Shown piece after piece: positions 26,559-38,343 of a DNA stretch of 64,000 nucleotides. Under the pieces are notes generated by a model. It did not search any database and had not been told where the DNA came from. It saw only the letters and a list, made by a program, of their open reading frames with translations. Position 1 is the first letter of the stretch, and every line of letters begins with the position of its first letter. The stretch comes from Eledone cirrhosa (Eukaryota). The position numbers were made by a program, and so were the translations under genes. The DNA lies in contig OZ024744.1 of assembly GCA_964016885.1 (NCBI GenBank), positions 39,804,001 to 39,868,000 of the forward strand. The letters are read 5' to 3'.

Positions 26559-27319
26559 ATGTGTATATATGTGTGTATATGTGTATATGTATATATAAGT
26601 TTATATGTATATGTGTGTGTGTGTGTATGTTTGTGAATGTAGCGAAGATAATACATCAGCAATGACGTGTTCATCAGAATGTTGTTTTGCAGACAGCCAG
26701 ACATACAGACAGATATTATAAGGGCTCGACGGAGATCGATAACCGTTGCCTAACACCTCTTTAACAACAGAAAATTGAAAAATAAAAGCTGCAGTTAGTA
26801 TCTTTATACCGCAAGGAATATATAAATGCAAGTTTGAAGTCAATTGGAGTAGAAATGTGGATTTGTATAGACTTTGCAAAAATGAGGACACATACACAGA
26901 CAACAACAGTTTTATATATATAGATAACACATTAAAATGAGTGTCTTTGTTTCCTAGAACTGGAGACAGTTTTGGGCAGGCTTATATTAAAAGGGTTAAA
27001 GATGAGTTAATTTTGTCAAAAGCTTAATATATATTGCAAAACTTTTGGTCTGAACAATTGAGAAAAGCCACCAAAGTCCAGCCTTTTCTACTATTTGTTG
27101 TTTATCCTTCATCAACCTTCCAACCATCCCTAACTATTATTACAAAAAAATCACTTCACCTTCTCTGCCATTTTACATGTATTTATATGTCCCATATCTA
27201 AAGTTTGAAAAATTAACTTTTGGCAAAACTTTGAAGTAACTGTCAAACATTCTTATAATAAAGAGATATTTTATCCTATATCTTTTATTGAAGTCTTTGT
27301 TCAGTTAATGTTTGCTGTC

Positions 27320-27715
27320 GGTTGATTGGCAATACCGGTCAAGGGTCAGATGCCATGCTTTGCAGCATAGGGTTACGACCCTTTATAGTTTGAATTCAAA
27401 TCCCGCCAAGGTTAACTTTGCCTTTCACCCTTACAGGGTTGATAAAATAAAGTACCAGTAATGCACTGAGATAATTGGTGGCCTTGTGCCAAATGAAGAA
27501 ACAATTATATTCATATATTTAGGGCAGCAGATTGGCAGTATTGGTAGAGCATTAGACACCCTGCTTTGCAGCATAGAGTTACATCTCTTTACATTCTGTT
27601 TTTAAATACTGCCGAGGCTAGCTTTGCCTTTCGTTCTTACGGGGTCAATAAAATAAAGTACCTGTAATGCACTGGGGTCGCTTTATTGACTTTTCCCTCT
27701 CCCAAAATTGATAAT
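27320..27715 (+). mobile_element. Two tandem copies of the second SINE family
   Basis: The core motif occurs at ~27410-27460 and again at ~27615-27665. Confidence 0.75.
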
Positions 27716-30700
27716 ATATACATGATATTAATATATATATCATCAGCAGCAGCAGCAGCTGTTTTCTATGTTTTTCCATGTTGGCAGGGGATGGGCAAGA
27801 CATTTTGGGGCAGCATTCTATATAACTATGTAAGTGTTGTAAAGAGGGTTTGGGGTGGGATAAGCATAGCTCATCTACCTCACGGGATGTTTCAATGTTC
27901 AATCTTGTCTAGAATGGGATATATCCATGTGTGCCCCAGCCACGAAACCTCTGACTAGAACATATAAATATATAAACCCAGTGCACATGGCAAGAACACG
28001 TCCTGTCTCCCCAGTTGACTGAAACCCAAGAGGCACACCATGTTGCTCCTCTTCCATTTACCTGATGTTACTTGCCCTTCTACTCTCAGACCTCATGATG
28101 TTACTGACCTTTATACTTTCAGCAAAGCTCCCAGCACCAGAGTAAGAACCTTTGTTATAATTCCAAACACCAACTTCATGAGAAAATTAATTATATTACT
28201 ATACCCCCTCCAAATGTTTTAAAACTTTTTTTTAAATTGTTAATAACTTTATTAATGACATAATATTTTTCTTTATTAATAATTAAAAATGGAAAAGGAA
28301 GGGAAAGGTATGGGCTCTAGGGTCACAGAAGAATGGGGGGGGGGGGGGTTCTAGGCCTAGGGCGCAGCAGTGTTTGGGGCTGCACCCAATGAATGAGACC
28401 GCAAAAGCATTCCCACGAAATTCATACACAGTGTCTTTTCATTAGAAATATACTAATGAAAGAGCTAAGAAAACTCAAACCATGAGCATACATCCATTAA
28501 ATTCTTTGATGCAGAAGAGTCTAAAGTTGCTTGATGGTTTTGTTTTCCACACTATACAAAGTAATTTCAAATACTGCAAGTCTCCAGTGTTTTCATCTTA
28601 TATAAAAATTTCAGTATTTACATTTGCTCCTTGATCCGGATTGACAAGATCCCAGTCCTCATTCACTTACCAAGTGGGGTGGAACTTGTCAGATCAGACC
28701 AAGGAAACAATGTATCTATTGGTCTTTCCACTTGCAAATACTATCAACCGTCTGCAGCTCCTGGCAGAAGAAGCAACTCAACATAAAGTGTCTTGATGAA
28801 GCTCATTTGCATAGAGAGCAAAAGCTGGTAGGCTCAAATTAATGGCATAGCATGATTTAGATGTGATTCAATATACAACTCCAGTGACATCTCAATCATA
28901 CTATGTCAGAGCACCACAAACTCTCATTAATTAGAGCCTGCCAACTTTTGCTCTGTATGAAAATAAGCTTCATCAGCCAATGTTCATAAGCATAAAAATT
29001 AAGCTCTTAGCTAATTTTTTTCTTATCATCCAAGAACAGTTAGCCTATCTGATGATGGTTAAGACTAGTGGTGGATTAATCACCTCTTTTAAAATTCATA
29101 GCGAGGCTACAAAAATGTTTATCTAAATGAACATCTTGTATGTGATTCATTAAACAACCCCAGTCACATCTCAATTACACTATGTCAGAGCATCACTACC
29201 TCTCACATACATATATATATATATAGGCTTAAAAATACAAAGAAAGCAAGAACAGGGGGAGGGAGTTTTCCTCATCAATTCTCTGCTGGGCATCTCAGAT
29301 ATTTCAACGCTTTAAAGACAATATATCTACCCCCAATAACTGGATAAGTTATTGGGAAAACGGAGGAGGGAGGGAAGGAAAATAGAAAGGAAAAGCGAAA
29401 AAAAGAGAAGAAAAGAGAAAAACACCGAAAAAAATAACAAACCGAAGAATGTGCGAGCAGCTTCAAGAAAGAAAATCCAACTCCATATTGGAGCTGAACA
29501 AAGTTCTAGAGCGTGTGGACGAATGAAAAACACATCTGATCCCAGTGAGTGTAAGCGAGAAAAGGAGTGCTAGAAGTTCAGGCGAGGGAAAGAATAAGGT
29601 GGCTGGCAGAGAGAGGGTGAGTGAAAGTGAAAGTGAAAGAAAGAGGGAGAAGAGTAGATAGTAACGAAATAGGTAGGTAGAGGGAGAGAGAAGAATGGTC
29701 ACAGCGAAACATGATAAAATATATGGAGAATAGGTAGGCTGTGTAGTTGCTAGTTAAGGTAGGCTTAAAAATAAGAAGCAAGAATGGAAGGGGTTTCCTC
29801 ATCAGTTGTTTACTGGGAGTCTCGGATATTTCAACGTTTTATCCGAGACCTCCAGTAGACAACTGATGAGGACCCCCCTCTACCGTTCTTGCTTTCTTCT
29901 TATTTTTAAGCCTACCTTAACTAGCAACTACACAGCCTGCCTATTCTCCATTTATATGTATATATCATTTAATGTCCATCTTCCACGCTATTGTATTATT
30001 ATTATTACCGAGGTTGACTTTGCCTTTCATCCTTACGGGGGTCGATAAAATAAAGTACCAGTAATGTACTGGGTAATTGCTGGCCTTGTGCCTAAAGTAG
30101 AAACAATTATTATTACCAAATTATCTACATGAAAGAATGGAGAGACAAACAAAGACAACAAGGAGCAAACATCGCATCATCCTCAGACATCAGCTATCAA
30201 ATTGGATTGGACAACTTGATTACAGATGGTATCAATAGTCCAATGTATGATTTTAGAAGACAAAAAATATATATATATATATGTGTGAGAGAGAGAGAGA
30301 AGAGAAGGATAATTACTTCATCCAAATGATATTCACTGGCAACACATAAATATTCCTTCTTCAGCTGTCCACAGTAGCTTAATACATTTAATACAGTCTG
30401 TGCTATTTCTTCCAAGGGTGGCCTTCATTTTCAAAAGTGCCCTCAGGAAATCCTTAACTCTGGCTCTATCAAGTTACATGAATCAAAGATACCATACTGG
30501 AAATGGCCAGAATGGAAATATGGAGCTCATTTGGGCATAACTTAACTCATCCGCTGCTAACACCATAAAGAGGCTGGCCTGATGTAATTTTCCATCTGAC
30601 TTCCACTGCCCAAGACATTATACCACATGTTATCCTGATCTAAAAATCATTTCATGCAACAGCAATAAAACTAGAGAAATTACTGTGTGAAGTGATTTTG

Positions 30701-30779
30701 AGATCAGAGGAGCATGTTGTATAATAGTAATTAAGGCTGTTAAAGTGTGGTGTCACATATGAGTTAACAGAGTCGACCC

Positions 30780-31340
30780 CTTCTGGTGGTAGTAGAGGAC
30801 AAGGTGTGTGTGCATGAGCTCTTCCATTTGTTTGTTCTTCATTCAGTGTTCGCTACCTTGTTACATGAGACTCACCGTTACTAGCTAACATCCTTAGCCA
30901 CTGTTTCAATGTCCAAGTACTGTAGCCTGATCAGGAGCACTACAATCTTCACTAATCTTCCTAACACTTCCTCAAAGAACCAGACTAACCCAGTTAGTTT
31001 GCTGATCTTGTATGCACATACCTCCATCTGCTCTTGTAAACATTTCACTCTTCCAAGCTTGCTGTACACAATGAAAGATCCTTCAGTGAAAGCCACTTTC
31101 AACCACTAATTCTCTATTTTTCATGCCTCTAACTGATCTGCTTTGTCCATTTCTAAATACAAAGCCAAAGCATCTCTCTCTAACTACAAAAGTCTTGCCA
31201 CGTCAAGTATTCCCTACGGCTTTGCCACCAACTTCTTTACCTTTACCCAGGCAACTATATCTGCTTCATTAGAAAAGTTTGTAACAATGTCATTGAGGAT
31301 TCTTACCTTTGTAGACATCTTCTGGGTTAAGATACCAAAA
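30780..31340 (-). mobile_element. Decayed Gypsy-type gag relic
   Basis: Conceptual translation MSTKVRILNDIVTNFSNEADIVAWVKVKKLVA...LERDALALYLEM...LKVAFTEGSFIVYSKL...EQMEVCAYKISKL, with stops. PBS-like TGGTATC just upstream. Confidence 0.65.
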
Positions 31341-31626
31341 TAGCATGCAGTAAAAATGTTAATCAACACTTACTTCACTTTGAGAAAGTAGTCAACAAAT
31401 CCACCTCTGTGTGTCTTGAAAGATACTACACACTCTAGAAATGGGCAGAAGAGAAATGAGGGAGATCCTACATGGTCAATCTACTTCATCCACTGCTACC
31501 ACCAGAAAAAGGCTGGCTCTCTCCTGTTGCTGCTTACCCGATGTCACTTCCATTCTAACTTCTAGTGCTCAACCCACTTATTTTCATTGTTGTTTGTTTA
31601 TTTTGATTTGTAATATATATATATAT

Positions 31627-32020
31627 GGAAGCACATGGCTTAGTGGTTAGAGCATTGGCCTTGCAATCAAAAGGTTGTGAGTTCAATTCTCAGACCGGGT
31701 GATGTGTTGTTTCTCTGAGCAAGACACTTTATTTCACATTGCTCCAGTTTACTCAGCTGTAGAAATGAGATGATAGGGACTGGGGTCCCTATCATTCCAC
31801 TGCAAAGTGGTCGTGGAGATGCCACGGCAAAAAAGCACCCAGCCCACACTGTAAAGTGGACGTGTAGATGCCACGGCAAAAAAAGCATCCAGCACTCACT
31901 GTAAATGAGGTTGGTGTTAGGAAGGGCATCCAGCTGTAGAAATCAAGCCAGAACCAGTTCCCGTCCCACCCTTGCAAGCAGGGAAAATCAGGCGTAAAAT
32001 GAAACGATGAAACGAAACGA
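31627..32020 (+). mobile_element. tRNA-derived SINE (CORE-like), full length
   Basis: A box TGGCTTAGTGG, B box GAGTTCAATTC, CORE-like TGAGCAAGACACTTTATTTCAC, and an RTE-derived tail. Confidence 0.88.
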
Positions 32021-32022
32021 TA

Positions 32023-32317
32023 TGTTATACTTTGGGAGAGTCATGCTGCCAATAAAAAAAAACAGGATAGAACAAAGGAGAGACACAAAATAACAAGTCA
32101 CTGAGGAGGTCACAGAATGTATGACGAAAGAGCTGGCAATAAACAACCATCCAGTTATTAAACTAACCAACTGGAAATTTATAATAATTTGAAGAGAAAA
32201 CCAACAGGTATGAGTGTTTTTATTGGCAGCATGACCCCTTCCCCCCCTAAGTATAACAATATCTGTTTCAACACATGTTTTCTGATAAGAAATCTTGCAA
32301 AACAAATACAAGAAAGT
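32023..32317. repeat. Second copy of the TGTTATAC inverted-end repeat
   Basis: Inverted ends at 32023 and 32258. The internal sequence matches 11540-11680. Confidence 0.75.
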
Positions 32318-34205
32318 GTATATACATATATGGATGTTCCTGGTGTATAAGGGTTCAACATTCTTCTCAGTTCATTTTTTATGGTTATACCATAATGACA
32401 GGATTTTGAGAGAAGGATGGAAGGTTTGATTGGATCTTGGTCTTAAATCTTAGATCACAAAGGTGGATCAGACAAGATTTGGACCAGCTAGGGCTTCAAA
32501 ATGATGACATATATATATCATTATTAATGTTGTTTTCTCTGCTAGAGAGAGTTGTGTGTTGTGACAGACCTGTCAGTATGCAAATGAAGTTACAGACCTC
32601 AAGGTAGGCTGGGGACCTGACATGATTCCGTGCTCTACTAAGTTCATTTTGTGGCACCAGTAATGTCTTTGACACAACTGAAATCTCCGACTCATTGCTT
32701 GACAAATTTTCTTAAGCTAGAAAACCTATCACCAACGACTTTACAGAGTGTAGTGGGTGTGTTTATGATGTATATCACCAACACTAGGGAGGTTCATGTG
32801 TCTATGACACAACTTAAGTCTTATCAACTCTTTGTGGAAAGTTTTCTATGGCTGGATACCCTACCTATCACCAACCACTTTACAGAGTGCACTGGGTGCA
32901 TTGATCATGCAGATCACCAACAGTAGAGAGGCTGTCATATCTATGATGGCACCACTATATATCTAATATGAAACAATAGTTGACCACATAAAATGTCAGC
33001 AGTTTATATCTTGTCACTACAGTTTAGTGTCCATCTTGTTTCCTCATAACTTTATTTTAAAACATTGCAGAGAAACATTTTAGATGGCATAGATTACAAT
33101 TATCATCATTTAATGCCCACTTTGCCTGCTATCAAGGGTTGGATGGGGCTACATAGACCAAGTCAGTATTGCAGTGGGGCTAATGACCTCCCAGACAGAC
33201 CAAATAGTCTGGATCCCACTTACACATGGTCATATCGAGTGTAGAGAAGTCATTGTGTCTTTTGACACAAACTGAAGAATCCTCCTAGATTAATTTTTTT
33301 TAAAGTATTTTTATTGACTCTTAACTTGTAACTGATTATGATTACTTAGAAATGAAAAAAGAAACTTGCCTTGATATATATTTCTGTTTGTTAACATGTT
33401 CATTACTTTTGATCCATATTTGTAATAGTAAAAATAAAAAACGAAATGAAATTAAGCGAAATTTACATCTCACACCTATGCAGGTTTAGCTGGTCTCATA
33501 CACTGCATTTCATAAGAGGATTCATAGATCTTATTAATGATAGGGCGCTCCAGTTCTATCATGAAAAGCAATGTGAAATGCAGTGTTTTGATCAAGAATG
33601 CAACAGGAATTGAACCAATGACTTTATAACTGTGAGTTGAACAGCCATGTGCCTTCTCATTGAAGGCCATTTTTCTCCTGAAATGTTCATAAACTGAAAC
33701 TATTTTTCCCATACAAAATGTTGAGAGAGAGACTGTTTGAAAGACAGATAGATTTCACCATAGTAGCCAACTACACAGCAAATGATGCTTTCCTGCCGAT
33801 GCTCCCAGCTTGCATGTTCATTACTTGAGACACCATTCATTACACGAGACATTTAATGATTGAAAAAATGGTTCATGAAATTATTTGTTCATGAACTGAG
33901 GTTCCACTGCATTTGAAGTAGATTAAATTTAAACTCAAACATTTTTCATCCTGCCTTTCCATTTCATGTTGATAAATAATAATCAGGATAATGTCACATA
34001 TTTTCTACAGGAATGCTATGTCATTTCAACAACTATGAAAAAAATAAAAATCTCATAAAAAACATTAGGGAAGTTATGAGGAAACAAGGTCATGAGTTGG
34101 GTCACTAAACTGTAGTTCTACCCATATATAAAAACAATGATAACATTTTTTTTTTAAAATAAATTTTCTTAACACATACACAATTAAATTATGTATTTAC
34201 ATTTA

Positions 34206-34414
34206 TTAATCTTTTTTCACAGACTCATTACTTGAATTTTGTTTTGAATTTAATTCAAATAAATTTGATAAAGTTTCTTTTTTTCTCTCATAATGTTGCA
34301 TAAGGTCATCATAATCTTCTTTTACAAAATCAAATACAGATTTCTTCACGCCTTTAGGCTGGGGTTTGGAGAAACCAGTATCAAACAGTCGACCTGATCC
34401 AAGCAGGAAAAAAG
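34206..34414 (-). CDS. Last coding exon of the DMAC1/DUF4536-like gene
   Basis: Acceptor TTTTCTTTCTTACAG, phase-compatible with the donor at 43037. The joined reading LSF-A-FFLLGSGRLFDTGFSK...SVKKD* completes a second TM helix ending LGxxRL. The frame is open for 209 nt, and AATAAA overlaps the stop. Total ~178 aa. Confidence 0.8.
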
Positions 34415-34513
34415 CTGTAAGAAAGAAAAGAATAATAATGAAATAATAAAAAATTTGTTTGCTCTACATGGCTGAATACAATAAATGTAATCTGAGTTTT
34501 TTGAATATTAATA

Positions 34514-34693
34514 ATTGTTTCTACTTTTGGCACAAGGCCAGCAATTATTCAATGTATTACTGGTACTTTATTTTATCGACCCCGTAAGGATGAAAGGCAA
34601 AGTTAACCTCGGCAGGATTTGAACTCAGAATGGCAAGGGCCGTAACTATGTGTCAAAGCATGGCGTCCAACCCTCTACCAATACTGCCAATCC
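34514..34693 (-). mobile_element. Second-family SINE inserted near the last acceptor of the DMAC1-like gene
   Basis: Core motif on the minus strand. The empty site is preserved in the inverted duplicate at 35167-35287. Confidence 0.85.
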
Positions 34694-34901
34694 AACATTC
34701 GATTCGTTTGCAATTATGCAAACAAGCCTCATTTTTAAAGCCATGTCAATAGAATGAACCCTTCATTCTTGCTCTTGTGTTGGCATGTAAATAGAACTGC
34801 AGACACTAATGTTTCTGGGTATTACCCTTCATCAGTACAGCTCACTGTTCACCTGCCAACTGTCAGAACTAGTGAAAATATATGCTATTTTCTAAAATAT
34901 A

Positions 34902-35021
34902 CAGTGATTGATCGGCCTGATTTGCATATTAGCAGACTGGCTGATCAGTCAGATTTGCATATTAGCAGATCCACTGATCAGCCAGATTTGCATATCAGCA
35001 GACTGGCCAGTCAGTTTCCTG
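34902..35021. repeat. 33-bp tandem repeat (x3), possibly a MITE
   Basis: Unit CTGATCAGCCAGATTTGCATATTAGCAGACTGG, bounded by TA|CAG...CTG|TA. Confidence 0.6.
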
Positions 35022-35339
35022 TATACGAGCGATAAATGGGCGGCTTTGCCACATTCAAATAAAAAAAAAATTTCTCTCTACATGGCTGAATACAATAAAT
35101 GTAATCTGAGTTTTTCGAATATTAATAATAACATTCAATTCGTTTGTAATTATGTTTGCAATTGTGCCAACACAAGAGCCCGAATGAAGGGTTCATTCTA
35201 CTGACATTACTTTAAAAATGAGGCTTGTTTGCATAATTGCAAACGAATTGAATGTTATTAATATTCGAAAAACTCAGATTACATTTAGTGAAATAATAAA
35301 TTTACTAAAAAGATGGAAAAATGTTCAAGGACTTACTAT

Positions 35340-35810
35340 TTCTATTTATAATAAAGGGATTTCATTTGCTAGTAAGGAGTAGATTGTATGATATCCGAGT
35401 ATGTGGTGCAACGTTAGCATGATAATGAGATGTGAGCCTTGAAGACAGAGGATGTATGATATAAAGGCTAGAAAGAAATGAGGCTAGCATACTCTGTTGG
35501 ATGTATAATTTTAGTGTACATGAACAACAAAGCACAGAGGAGGTGAGAGAAAAACTGCATATAAGAGAAATCAGATATAGTGTGCAAGAAAGAAGGTTGC
35601 GTTGTTACAGACATACAATAAATGTATGCATAATGACAATTTTGTAAAGACGTGCCAGGAGTTCCAAGTGGAAGGGGGTCATAAAAGAGGAAGACCAAGG
35701 ATGGTTTTTGGTAGAAGTGGTGAAAGATGATCTCAGGATATTGAATCTTGGAAAGAAAATTAAGGAAAGAGATAAAGTCCAGAAAAACAGACGTAAAAAT
35801 GATGAATACT
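35340..35810 (+). mobile_element. Highly decayed RTE RT C-terminal fragment
   Basis: Recognisable remnants of the HGSETW, RRLRW and GRPR-encoding segments. Confidence 0.55.
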
Positions 35811-36629
35811 AATTATGATTATCATGGTCCCTCTTGCTAGTTTATAGATTCATCCTGATTATTGGATTCTACAGATTTTGACTCAAATTACATAGATTTG
35901 TACTAATCTCTAGTTTTTATAGCATTATTAACAACTCTTGTTGACATATTTATAATGACAGAAACTACCAACGATTTTCAAATAATTTTGAAAACAATCA
36001 AGAATTTGGAAGGATTTAGTAATATTTCTTTCTTATTATTTATTAGTCTGGTCTTTAGAGCATAACTTAACAAAAATTCTTACATAAAATTAGAGTGAAA
36101 GGTTTTTTTAAATAAATATAAGTTAAGGTCCGAAACACTCGCTTGAGGGACATTTCTTTTCTGAAGACCTGCTTTCCAGCTCCTGAGAGTTTCTTACCAC
36201 TAAAATGAAAGGTTTTTTTAATAAATATAAACACTAGAGGTGATTTCAAGCAGTTTGGTATCAAAAGAGTTAATCATTTTCTCTCTCTTATTGAATAAGA
36301 AACAAATCTTCCCCAGCTTGAAAAGACCACATGGAGCCTGCATAACTAACCTCTGCTTAGCAGGGAAAATAGTTTAAAAAACACTAGTGCTGTAATCATT
36401 TCAGTTAAAGAGATGATTTTCAGTCAAAATGCCAGAGGTCATCCAGATAATAAACTTTTAGTCAACTGATCTTATCTTTAGAACATATATTTACAATATT
36501 TACATCAACATTGTTTTGATTAGTTTTCATTTCTGTCTCTTATCAAGCATCTTAATTCTGGATATATGGGCTAGTGGTCATAGCATGTTCAGGAGTGAAT
36601 TTTTTTGACAATCAGATATTAGGCTCTGG

Positions 36630-36827
36630 TGAGGATCGGCTGAAAAGTTCATAGGCTGACTATGAAGGAGTGATGCTAGAGCTGTGAAATCTTGCATGCA
36701 TTAATTTCAACTCTTCTTATTAATAACTGCATTGTTTCTTTCCAGGGACTATGTTGAAAAATAAACCTCTTTTGGTTATACCATGAGAGTATCTCGGTCA
36801 GCCGATGAACTTTTCAGTCAACCCTCA
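36630..36827. mobile_element. Mariner-like MITE
   Basis: ~31-bp TIRs TGAGGATCGGCTGAAAAGTTCATAGGCTGAC and GTCAGCCGATGAACTTTTCAGTCAACCCTCA, followed by TA. Confidence 0.8.
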
Positions 36828-37589
36828 TAGTTTGAATCCAATATGAAATTATGCACATATCCATTAATCTGTCCTCAAGTTTATCACCACGACCTGGCCC
36901 ATTGGAGCTTTAGTTATGTCCACGCTGTTGCCAGTATTCCAACTGGATCTCCAAGTTAAGGATAACTTTCTCTTTTATACTTACCACCAATCTCAGAGAT
37001 CCCACAAAAATGTCATGAGTACAGCCCCTCCTTCTTGATCTAAGTTATTACAAAATTTTCAAAATTCACCATATGACATGTTAGATAAAATGTGTATTTG
37101 TGTTTGTGTGTTTCTGAGTTTATATCAGCAACTTAATGGTTAAACAAAAAGAGATCAATAAACATGTACCAGACTTGAAAAAATGAACTACTAAACCCCT
37201 TCATGGCAGTGTCCCAGCATAACTGCAGTCTAATGACTGAAACCAGAAAAACAAAAGTAAAAGAAAAGACTTAAAAATTATTTCAATTTTTGTTGTTGTT
37301 GTTTTTAGATGGCTAATCTGTCTGCTTTTCAATGACCAAAAAATTTTCAAAGAAACACCTTCTGGATGAAAAATATATATTTTTAGTGGGAGCTAACATT
37401 TAAAGTAGTGAGTAAAAAAAATATTAATCAATTAAAATGATTCCCAATAATAAAAAGTAAAATCATAATGATTTTTCTCGTCAAAAACAAGGGTGATAAC
37501 TCTAGAATTCAAATTGATTCAAAATTGAATAGAAACATGTAGTGGAGTCGGGGCGAGGGGGATATAATCTTTGGTATGTAGTGATAACT

Positions 37590-37626
37590 CGAGACATGTT
37601 TCAGTCATATTTGAACTCCTCAGTAA
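37590..37626 (-). ncRNA. Degenerate minimal hammerhead motif
   Basis: CTGAGGA-GTTCAAATATGACT-GAAA-CATG-TC, with a palindromic ACATGT helix III. Stems I and II are imperfect. Confidence 0.4.
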
Positions 37627-38343
37627 AACATAGTGTGATTTCTATTTCCCACACCTTAGAACGAGTGTCATTTGCAAAAACATTTACTGTTTAGGCTATT
37701 TAAAATAACAGGCATCGAATAAAAAGGATGCCTTTTGCATGGAAAACAGTTAATGCACCTATTTATAATGATTATAAGGTATCATAAATGCAAAAGAACT
37801 TCCCTTATTTATTTAGTTACTCAAGATTGCTGTTTTGTAGTTTAGCACGAGATCAACGTAGATTGAGCACACCCAGCAGTGATCACCTTCTCTGTGTTTA
37901 ACCCATTTGTTACTGGTTCAACAATACAAAAATGTTTATATCTAAGTGTCTATATTTATCTAAAAACCTTTCATAATAATTTTACATAAGAACCATTGAT
38001 AAGTTATATTCCAAACAACAGATAAATAATGAGAAATTTAGTTACATATAACTCTTCAAAGTCATCTACTCCTATCGGTTTATTTTGCCATGAGATGCTA
38101 CAGGCCATGATGGCTACCTACGAAGTCATCTACTCTCTTCCTCTCTCTTACACTATTATTAGTGTTGTTGTATTTATCATTTAGCTGTCTCTACAAAGTC
38201 ATCTACTCCTATCGGTTTATTTTGCCAGGAGATGCTACAGGCCATGACGGCGACCCCCTCTCTCTCTATGAGAGCTACCTTCTCTCTATCTATCTCTAAG
38301 CCACCTATTACATCCCTTTCCCTCTCACCCATTCCTTCCTCAC

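Noticed and set aside
29855-29900. Hammerhead at CTGATGAGG
   Set aside because: No properly placed GAAA or helix III.
31627-31700. tRNA gene
   Set aside because: The acceptor and anticodon stems do not pair well and it continues into a SINE body.
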